Of a stretch of DNA of 63,157 nt, positions 7,910 through 14,961 are shown one piece after another. The translations under genes and the position numbers were made by a program. Numbering within the stretch: position 1 is the stretch's first letter; the number at the start of each line of letters is the position of its first letter. This stretch comes from Candidatus Eiseniibacteriota bacterium (GTDB taxonomy: Bacteria > Joyebacterota > Joyebacteria > Joyebacterales > Joyebacteraceae). Where the stretch lies: contig JAUWCJ010000003.1 in the NCBI GenBank assembly GCA_030609365.1, positions 1 to 63,157 on the forward strand. Direction: 5' to 3'. The notes below the pieces were generated by a model. The model was not told the origin of the DNA, did no database searches, and worked only from the letters and a program-made list of their open reading frames with translations.

Positions 7910-9519
7910 CGAAGTCCCTCCGGGACGGCGTCCGTGCTCGTGAATGAGGCGTCAGCAGTCAGAAGCTCGCCCCCGGCGCTCTTCTGCTCGAGCTCGACCT
8001 CGACGACGAATACGCCGCTGTCAACCAGTGGCAGAGGCATCCGGAACTTCCTTCGACTGCCCGGCATGATGCGTTCCCAGTTTCTGCTCCCGATGGCCAA
8101 CTCGGCGAGTACATCACCAGGGTCGGCACGGAGACGCACGTGCCCCTTGATCTCCCCGATTCCCTTTCCGGTGTTGGCCACCGTGAGAATCGCGCTCCCG
8201 GGGTTGGATTGCGGGTGAACTCGCACCAGTTCCAGATCCTCTATCTTGAGCGAGGCGCCACCGCGGTTCGTCGCTTCGACGATGATGATGGCACCCGCGT
8301 CGTAGACCGTTTTGAAATCGCCGTCCTCCCGGCTCGTGAGGCCCACGAATCTCACTGCCTTCGCAGCCGGCTCGCTCAGAGCCGAGTTCTCATCAAGCCT
8401 GACTCTCGCTCTGACTGCAGCACTGGACTTAGGCCCGATCACGACAGTGTCTGGAGTCACCTCGACGGTGAGCCCTGCCACTGGAATCTCGGAAGCTGCG
8501 TAGGTCCAGCGCCCGTCTGACTCCAGGCGCGCATCCTCCACGCTCACCTTCAGGGTCAGGGTCTCCTCGCCCAGGTTGCTCAGCCGAACGGCAACGCTTC
8601 GCTCACCGCCCGGCGGGACAGTGATCTCCTGGGGCTGCTGCTCAATCCAGAGATCTGTGGCAACTTCCATCTTCGAATCAGTGGAGGAAGCCACCCTCGC
8701 AGAGCTTCCGATCGCAAGCATGAATTCGCTTCGTGACTCGCGTCTCTGCCCCAGATCGAGCCGCGACACCACCCTCCACGTACCAGGCGGGACTCCCTCG
8801 GCCGCAACCTGCAACTGGATCATCTCTTCGGGATAAATCTCGTACGCGTGCCCGTCCCTTCGGTAGGGCAGCTCCACGCGCCGGGGGAATCCCCCTGTTT
8901 CCGGGTAGAAGAGGACGTCACCGCGCACCTCGCTCACCCATACCCCCGTGTTCCGGATATCAACGAGGAGCTGATTGCCCGCAGACTGGTACTCGATCCT
9001 CTCGACACCGACCTCAAGAGGCCCACTCGAGATGACACGAACGAGGACTTCGACAGCAGCTCCGGGGATGATCGCCGCCGCCACCTGAGCGTCCGGCCGC
9101 GGCGCGCGCATGTTGACCGTAAGGTACGCCGAGTAGGCTCCGTAGGCGTTGCTGGGAACCCTGATGGAAACAGGAACGTCGTGCGCCTCCTTCCCACTGA
9201 TCGTCACCTGTGACTCGACCTCGATCCAGTCGCTCGCCGAGCGAGCGCCTCCGCCTCTGTCGACCTGCTCCTTCTGGCCATTCAGCAGCTGCGTGAGGTC
9301 CCGCACCTCTATGTCGAAAGTGGAGCGCTGGCCCGACACAACGCCAACAATACGGAAGCTGCCGTTCCACATCTCGCCCGGGGTCGCGTCAACCACGAGC
9401 TTCAGGGGTCCTATGCCGATTCCCCCCTTGACGTCCTCGGCCTCCTGGCTCTGAACGCCCGGGACAAGAATACAGGTCAAGACGACGCCAACGCACACAC
9501 CGAGGCGAAGCGATGTCAC
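7906..9519 (-). CDS. Secreted four-module Ig-like/beta-sandwich protein (P3), possibly a periplasmic chaperone or scaffold.
   Basis: GTG at 9519 with AAGGAGAG upstream; signal peptide ..CILVPGVQS|QE. There are four ~120-aa modules arranged as two A-B pairs. A-type modules: ..SASDWIEVESQVTISGKEAHDVPVSIRVPSNAYGAYSAYLTV and LWIEQQPQEITVPPGGERSVAVRLSNLGEETLTLKV. B-type modules: LEVGVERIEY..NQLLVDIRNTGVW..PGTWRVVSRLDLG and LKIEDLELVRV..AILTVANTGKG..GVFVVEVELE. It is translationally coupled to the secretin. Confidence 0.65.
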   Translation of the reverse strand: MTSLRLGVCVGVVLTCILVPGVQSQEAEDVKGGIGIGPLKLVVDATPGEMWNGSFRIVGVVSGQRSTFDIEVRDLTQLLNGQKEQVDRGGGARSASDWIEVESQVTISGKEAHDVPVSIRVPSNAYGAYSAYLTVNMRAPRPDAQVAAAIIPGAAVEVLVRVISSGPLEVGVERIEYQSAGNQLLVDIRNTGVWVSEVRGDVLFYPETGGFPRRVELPYRRDGHAYEIYPEEMIQLQVAAEGVPPGTWRVVSRLDLGQRRESRSEFMLAIGSSARVASSTDSKMEVATDLWIEQQPQEITVPPGGERSVAVRLSNLGEETLTLKVSVEDARLESDGRWTYAASEIPVAGLTVEVTPDTVVIGPKSSAAVRARVRLDENSALSEPAAKAVRFVGLTSREDGDFKTVYDAGAIIIVEATNRGGASLKIEDLELVRVHPQSNPGSAILTVANTGKGIGEIKGHVRLRADPGDVLAELAIGSRNWERIMPGSRRKFRMPLPLVDSGVFVVEVELEQKSAGGELLTADASFTSTDAVPEGLR

Positions 9520-9557
9520 AGGCTCTCTCCTTGCTTTCGAACACAGATGACCATGAC

Positions 9558-9587
9558 GGTGCCGGGGGACATGAATCCCCCGGCACC
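9558..9587 (-). terminator. Perfect 12-bp GC-rich hairpin between P2 and P3 (attenuator or partial terminator, or a stability element).
   Basis: GGTGCCGGGGGA-catgaa-TCCCCCGGCACC lies 15 nt after the P2 stop. On the minus strand it is followed by GTCATGGTCATCTGTGTT. Confidence 0.45.
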
Positions 9588-9601
9588 TCTGCCTACTCAG
9601 G

Positions 9602-10360
9602 CTACGGGCTGCTGAACGTCACGTCCAAGTGCGTGGCGTAGTCGCCGCCCTGATCCAGCATGCCGAAACGCTGGATGCGGGCCAGCCACTGTATCGTACC
9701 CTCGACGCCCGGGACAAGAGGTCCCCACGTATAAGTGTTGGACGCGGGGGCGCAAGGGAAGGCCCACTCGTTCGGGAAAAAGTACGTCGGGTTGCTGTCG
9801 CCGATCACGAAGCCTCCGGTGTCGTACAGGTAGCTACCCCACAGTAGTGGGACGCCACTCTCGGGGACCTGGCCGTCGGCGAACCACGAGCCCCCGACCA
9901 TGAACGGACACGCGCACATGGTGAACCACGTGGGGATATACAGGTCCGTGCTGGTATCAGGATCGTAGTAGTGGAGATCGCCGTTCGTGTGGACAGCCAT
10001 CGACAGCGGGTTGTTGGACCTGACGAAGATCCGCGCGCCGTCGTTGGTCATGTAGTACATCCCGTCCGTGCCGCAGTAGTACTCCGAGCCGGCCCACGCG
10101 TCCGAGGGAGTCTTGCCGTCGGGGTCAGGGCAGTGCAGGTACGCTGTCCCCATGAGCTCATTGCAGTAGTAATCCTCGGCCGTGTCACCGTCGTAGTCGA
10201 ACACCATATCCGTATCCTGCCACTGGATCTGGATGTAGCAACCGAGACCGAGGGTGATCGTGAGATCACCATCCGCAGCGCCATCCCACTGCGTGGGGTA
10301 GGCTCCGGCAGACACGGTCAGTGCTGCGACGGCCAGTACTACCAAGATTAGCCTAAACAT
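9602..10360 (-). CDS. Secreted Cys/Trp/Tyr/Asp-rich beta protein (P2), a putative exported structural subunit.
   Basis: ORF trimmed to the ATG at 10360 (AGGAAGGAAG upstream; MFRLILVVLAVAALTVSAGA|YP signal peptide). The mature part has seven Cys. Motifs: DLTITLGLGCYIQIQW, ARIFVRSNNPLSMAVHTNGDL, and the C-terminal strand GGDYATHLDVTFSSP. I recognised no known family. Confidence 0.6.
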   Translation of the reverse strand: MFRLILVVLAVAALTVSAGAYPTQWDGAADGDLTITLGLGCYIQIQWQDTDMVFDYDGDTAEDYYCNELMGTAYLHCPDPDGKTPSDAWAGSEYYCGTDGMYYMTNDGARIFVRSNNPLSMAVHTNGDLHYYDPDTSTDLYIPTWFTMCACPFMVGGSWFADGQVPESGVPLLWGSYLYDTGGFVIGDSNPTYFFPNEWAFPCAPASNTYTWGPLVPGVEGTIQWLARIQRFGMLDQGGDYATHLDVTFSSP

Positions 10361-10380
10361 GGTAGGCTTCCTTCCTATAT

Positions 10381-10547
10381 TAGGTTGCTGCATGCAACCT
10401 ACCGGTCCGCCTCTGCATCAATACAGGTAGAGGGACTGACGTCTCAAGTGCTGGTCCCTCGCCGGGGCTGGCGGATCACCCCGGACTCCCTGCCCGGCCC
10501 GCGTTCCTCGGGGAGCCGGAACGCGTCTCTGCGGCCTGAGGCCGCAG
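10381..10547 (-). promoter_or_regulatory. Cluster of three GC-rich stem-loops in the 300-nt P1-P2 intergenic region.
   Basis: 10381..10401 is TAGGTTGC-tgcat-GCAACCTA, directly 5' of the P2 Shine-Dalgarno and followed by AUAUA on the mRNA. 10501..10524 is GCGTTCC-N10-GGAACGC. 10529..10547 is CTGCGGCC-tga-GGCCGCAG. Confidence 0.45.
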
Positions 10548-10664
10548 GTCACCAGACCACCTCCTTTCTGCTAACGCATCTCGCTTCCGCGGAGGCTCTG
10601 CTTGCCGACAGTCTCCGCCTCGCGCTCGCGAGACGATTCCGTTTCAACGTGCGACGCCGACCGA

Positions 10665-11699
10665 TTACCGTGGCGTCCCGGACAAGTGCATCTCCGATAC
10701 GTAGACACCGGAGGTGTCCGTCTCGTAAACCTCGAGTGCCAATCGGAAGCTCGCAATGAACACGCCGCCCTCGTCGTATCCGACCAAGAGGCAGTTGTCG
10801 TCACCGATGGAAATCCATTCGCCCGGCTCGCCGCCTTCGTCCAGCATCGACCACTCCACGCGTGCCAGCGGAATGACCAAGCCACTGCCGGACACGAAGT
10901 CTGTTCCATCAAGGACCAACTCCCACTGCGTCTCGTTGGTAGCTACGAGCGCGTCAAGATCTGGCTCAACGAAGTAACGACCGGGCATCGGAGTGCTGAT
11001 CGTAAACACCGACTCGCCCGTCAGGACCAACGTTAGAGGCTGAGTGATCAGCTGCACGGGGATCACCGCCCGCCCAAAGAACACGCGCCCGATGGCGCTG
11101 TCCCCCACAGGACCTGTCTGGTCAGCCGTCACTTCGCTGCCGGGCGCCCTCCGGAAATCGCCTCCGCCAGGCTGCTCGATCTCGTCCTCGACGATTATCA
11201 GACCGCCTGTTGACACAAGATGGAGAAGACCCCCATACGGCCCCGGAGCTTCCGTCCATCCGGGCTGCACCTGGATCTCGAGCCAGAGGTCTGGGGCCGG
11301 CACAGGCCCGTGCCCTCGTGCAATGATCGGATTCCCCGCTATGGGAACGAACTCTTCACCCGTCGCCGCTGACCTGACCAGCACCTGGCCGTCTTCCATC
11401 GGTCCTTCTGGCCCCGTGGTCCACTCGAACTGGGCTCTCACCTCCCAGTTCGGCAGCGGCGATGCTACGCCGAAGGCAAGCGTCCCTTGCATGCCGGGAA
11501 GCACTGGCACTCCATTCCCGTCGGGCGGCAGAGCGACTTCCTCGTCCAGCACCATGAAGTCGTCATTGATGGTTATCCAGACACCGCCCGCCGAGCGGAG
11601 AGCGACATCGTCCAGGGATGTAGGATGCTCCTCCACGTTTCGCTTTGCGCTCGACGCAGAGCACGCAATCAGCACGAGTGCGAGCGTAAGAACGCGCAT
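10665..11699 (-). CDS. Secreted lipoprotein with two beta-rich halves (P1), first gene of the secretin operon.
   Basis: ORF 10665..11807 trimmed to the ATG at 11699 (AGAGAGGA upstream; MRVLTLALVLIAC lipobox). Motifs: GTLAFGVASPLPNWEVRAQFEW, ATNETQWELVLDGTDF, and the C-terminal strand SGVYVSEMHLSGTPR. I recognised no known family. Confidence 0.6.
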   Translation of the reverse strand: MRVLTLALVLIACSASSAKRNVEEHPTSLDDVALRSAGGVWITINDDFMVLDEEVALPPDGNGVPVLPGMQGTLAFGVASPLPNWEVRAQFEWTTGPEGPMEDGQVLVRSAATGEEFVPIAGNPIIARGHGPVPAPDLWLEIQVQPGWTEAPGPYGGLLHLVSTGGLIIVEDEIEQPGGGDFRRAPGSEVTADQTGPVGDSAIGRVFFGRAVIPVQLITQPLTLVLTGESVFTISTPMPGRYFVEPDLDALVATNETQWELVLDGTDFVSGSGLVIPLARVEWSMLDEGGEPGEWISIGDDNCLLVGYDEGGVFIASFRLALEVYETDTSGVYVSEMHLSGTPR

Positions 11700-11971
11700 G
11701 CACAATCCTCTCTTCGCACGTGGGCCGCTTCGAAGGGCGTCGACCTCTCCCGTCTCGTTCACAACAGCGTCGCGGTTCATCGCCATCACCCTCTCTCCCA
11801 GTGTCACCTGCTCTGCGGGCGGTGGCGTTCTACTGGAGTCGAACGGCGCCGCGTGTCACCCCTGTCCTTGTCCGTCAGCTGCGAGGCTTGACTTTCCGGC
11901 TCGCGTGGCTATCGTGTAGAAGATAGAGCCGGGCCCTGATCCTCATGGATCGGGCGAGTCTCGGTTCCACC

Positions 11972-12254
11972 CGGGCGGCTGGATGGCAGCGAATCCATCA
12001 CCAGCCGCCCGATTTCTATTCTCCGCAGATGTCGTTGATCAGTCGTGCGCTTCGTGCTACACCTCACGAGGACACTCGCCCCGCAACGAATGAGAACAAG
12101 TCATGTGAGGTATGTGCGACTAGCATACCGACGTGCCGCCACCATGTCAACAGGTTATCTTGACAATGGTAGCGAAAACTCGCAGTCATGCAGGTAGTCA
12201 AAGGTATATACTTCGGTGTCCGGGGAATCGGTCCTACTCACCGTAACTTGCCAT
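11972..12254 (-). repeat. Copy B of the conserved ~280-nt promoter/leader module.
   Basis: See copy A. The shared hairpin arms CGGGCGGCTGG/CCAGCCGCCCG form a perfect 11-bp stem here. Confidence 0.6.
12122..12150 (-). promoter_or_regulatory. Sigma-70-type promoter of the secretin operon.
   Basis: Minus strand reads TTGACA (12150..12145), a 17-nt spacer, then TATGCT (12127..12122). About 410 nt of leader lie before the ATG at 11699. Confidence 0.55.
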
Positions 12255-12375
12255 TCTCTGTAGGATAGCCATTACAGCAATGCCGCCCGACCTCGGCCGG
12301 GCTGCCCTGCGCTCCAAGCACGTGTCAGACAAGTGCTTGCGCGACGTCGCTCGAATGCCTGTGACTCTTGCCTCG

Positions 12376-13614
12376 CTAATCCTCCCTCGGCGCCATGCTC
12401 ATGCAGCCGTTCACAGGGCACACAGAGACGCAGAAGCCGCAACCGATGCACTTCTCATCATCCACTTCCGGCACCCTCGCCAGCTCGCCCGCGTCCTCTC
12501 CCCTGAACTCCAGCGCCTGGTGACCCCCGTCCCTACACGCGATCACACAGGCTCCGCACCCGATGCAGAGATCCTCGTCGATCGCGCTCACGACCTTGTA
12601 CTCCCGGGAGAGCGCCTCATGCGACACGAGCCCAACCAGCCCCTTCCCGACGAGTTCCATTGGCGAGGTCAGACCCTTGTCTTCCAGATAGAGCGCGAGC
12701 CCTTCGTTGAGTTCCTCAACGATGTCGTAGCCGTATCGCATCACGGTCGTACAGACCTGCACGATCCCCGCACCCGCGAGCAGGAACTCCACAGCGTCCT
12801 TCCACGTGACCACACCACCCACACCGGCGACGGGGATCTGTACGTCCTTCGCGACATCCGCCACGAACCGTAGCGCGATAGGCTTGATGGCCGGACCCGA
12901 GTAGCCGCCCGCGGTAGATTGTTCGTTGACCGAAGGAAGGGGCGCGAACGTGTCTAGGTCGAACCCGATGAGCCCCTTCACCGTGTTGATGCACGTGATG
13001 CCCGCCGCGCCCGCCTCTTTCACCCTGGCCGCGATAGGACGCATGTCCGCAACGTTCGGCGTCAGCTTGATGAGGACCGGGATGTCGACGGCGTCGACGA
13101 CCCACTTCGCCCGCTCGAACGTCAGGTCGGCATCCTGCCCCACGGCCGAGCCCATGCCTCGCTCGGGCATGCCGTGCGGGCATGAGAAGCTGCACTCGAT
13201 CATGTCGGCGCCTGCGTCCTGCACGCGGCGCGCAATCTCCTGCCACTCGGCCTCGGTGGCGGCCATCATGCTGACTATCACGACGTTGTCAGGATAGTCC
13301 CGCTTGAGGTCGCCCACTTCCGCCAGGGCCTCGTTGATATCGCGGTCCGAGATGAGGTCAATGTTCTCAAGCCCGATGAGATTCTTGTCCTCGTATGACA
13401 GTCCGGCCATCATCGGGGAGACCAGGTTGACCTCGACGTGCTCGAGGCCGAGGGTCTTGACCACCGCGCCGCCCCAGCCTGCCTCGAAGCCGCGAGCTAT
13501 CATCTCACCCTTGTCAGTCGGCGGGGCCGCGGCCAGCACGAACGGATTCGGGAAGCGCACGCCGCAGAATTTGACAGACAGATCCACCTTCTTCTTGAGA
13601 TCCACTCGGACCAT
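12376..13614 (-). CDS. preA: NAD-dependent dihydropyrimidine dehydrogenase subunit PreA (DHODH-like TIM barrel plus two 4Fe-4S clusters).
   Basis: 412 aa. FPNPFVLAAAPPT..., a GGYSGPAIKPIAL FMN-barrel pattern, and C-terminal CIGCGACVIACRDGG and CIGCGFCVSVCP. Its ATG overlaps the preT stop (ATGA at 13614). Confidence 0.85.
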   Translation of the reverse strand: MVRVDLKKKVDLSVKFCGVRFPNPFVLAAAPPTDKGEMIARGFEAGWGGAVVKTLGLEHVEVNLVSPMMAGLSYEDKNLIGLENIDLISDRDINEALAEVGDLKRDYPDNVVIVSMMAATEAEWQEIARRVQDAGADMIECSFSCPHGMPERGMGSAVGQDADLTFERAKWVVDAVDIPVLIKLTPNVADMRPIAARVKEAGAAGITCINTVKGLIGFDLDTFAPLPSVNEQSTAGGYSGPAIKPIALRFVADVAKDVQIPVAGVGGVVTWKDAVEFLLAGAGIVQVCTTVMRYGYDIVEELNEGLALYLEDKGLTSPMELVGKGLVGLVSHEALSREYKVVSAIDEDLCIGCGACVIACRDGGHQALEFRGEDAGELARVPEVDDEKCIGCGFCVSVCPVNGCMSMAPRED

Positions 13615-14957
13615 CAGCGCCCACCTCCTTCCGTGGAGGCCGCGTCCCCGGTGGCCGCCTCATTCAGATAGGCCGCGACGCCGGTGGCCGCCCGCTTCCC
13701 CTCCGCGAAGGCCTGCACGGCCGTCGCACCACCACTGACCACGTCGCCCGCGGCGAACACGCCCGGCATCGATGTCACCATCGTCTCCTGATCAACGCGG
13801 ATTAGCCCGCGCTCGTCGGCGTCTACACCCTCGTAGCAATCCAACACTCCCTGCCCGATGGCCTCGATGACGGCCGTCGCGGCCAGCCGAAACTCGGTCC
13901 CGGGGATCTCCTCAGCGTTGGAGGGCACGAGAAGACCGGGCGTCTTCCATCTGATACCTACACCCTCGTAGCCGGAGACCTTTCCGTCAGTACCGACGAT
14001 CTTCACGGGCTTCGTCTGAGTGTGGAACTCGATGCCCTCGCTCTGTGCAATCTCGACCTCCGAACGGAAGGCGGGCAGCTCGTCATAGGATTCGAGGCTG
14101 CACAGGTCGACTCTCTCGGCGCCCAGATGCTGTGCCGTCATTGCCGCGTCGATGGCCACGTTGCCTCCACCGATGACAACAACGCGCTTGCCGAGGTCGG
14201 GCTGCTCTCCTCGCGCCACCGCGGCAAGGAGGTCCGCCGCCACGAACACGCCCTCGAGATCCTCGCCGGGCAGCCCTATGGTGTACGGCCGGTAGAGCCC
14301 CACACCGATCACGACCGCGTCGAACCCGCTCTTGAGAAGCGCGGCCACGTCCTTCTCGTCTCGCCCGAGGTGGACGTCGGCGCCCAACCGCCCGATGTAG
14401 TCGAGCTCGCTCTCGACGAACCTGCGGTCGAGCCGGAACGGTGGGATGCCCTGCGTCAGAACGCCGCCCATCGAATCGGCGCGCTCGAAGATCTCCACGC
14501 CGAAGCCCAGCTTCCTGAGTTCCGCAGCCGCGGCCAGCCCGGCCGGACCCGCGCCCAGGACAGCGACCTTCTCTCCCCTTCCTTCGGCCCGCACAGGCAA
14601 AGGCGCGAGCGTTCCCAGCTCGATGTCGCCCGCGAACCTCTGTAGACCCGCGATGTCGATGGGCGTGTCCAGGTTGCCGCGCGTGCAGTTCTCCATGCAA
14701 AGGATCTCCTGCGGGCAGACGCGCCCGCAGATCCCGACGAGCAGATTCGCCTCACGGATCAGGCGCGCCGCACCCCGGAAGTTCCCGAATCGTATCTTCC
14801 TTACGAACCTGCGGACGTCGACCCCGGCCGGGCAGCCGTCCAGACACGGAGCCTCGTCGCACATGAGGCAGCGCGATGCCTCCAGCACCGCCTCGTGTGG
14901 CGAGTAGGTCCGTCCCGACTCGCTCAATTCCTCGACCTTCTGCGCGTAACCCGTCAT
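13614..14957 (-). CDS. preT: Dihydropyrimidine dehydrogenase subunit PreT / GltD-like NAD(P)H-dependent oxidoreductase.
   Basis: ORF trimmed to MTGYAQKVEEL (the start at 14957 is computed from ORF coordinates and lies 4 nt after the upstream stop). Fe-S motifs: CLMCDEAPC and CGRVCPQEILCMENC. Two Rossmann motifs: VAVLGAGPAGLAAA and VVVIGGGNVAIDAA. Confidence 0.8.
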   Translation of the reverse strand: MTGYAQKVEELSESGRTYSPHEAVLEASRCLMCDEAPCLDGCPAGVDVRRFVRKIRFGNFRGAARLIREANLLVGICGRVCPQEILCMENCTRGNLDTPIDIAGLQRFAGDIELGTLAPLPVRAEGRGEKVAVLGAGPAGLAAAAELRKLGFGVEIFERADSMGGVLTQGIPPFRLDRRFVESELDYIGRLGADVHLGRDEKDVAALLKSGFDAVVIGVGLYRPYTIGLPGEDLEGVFVAADLLAAVARGEQPDLGKRVVVIGGGNVAIDAAMTAQHLGAERVDLCSLESYDELPAFRSEVEIAQSEGIEFHTQTKPVKIVGTDGKVSGYEGVGIRWKTPGLLVPSNAEEIPGTEFRLAATAVIEAIGQGVLDCYEGVDADERGLIRVDQETMVTSMPGVFAAGDVVSGGATAVQAFAEGKRAATGVAAYLNEAATGDAASTEGGGR

Positions 14958-14961
14958 GTCG

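Noticed and set aside
12376-14957. preT/preA as part of the secretin system or of the LTD/barrel cluster, given the tight spacing (a 4-nt gap to the upstream barrel gene).
   Set aside because: Both are canonical cytoplasmic Fe-S flavoenzymes of pyrimidine reduction with full-length motifs. Proximity is more simply explained by the general gene packing of this genome.
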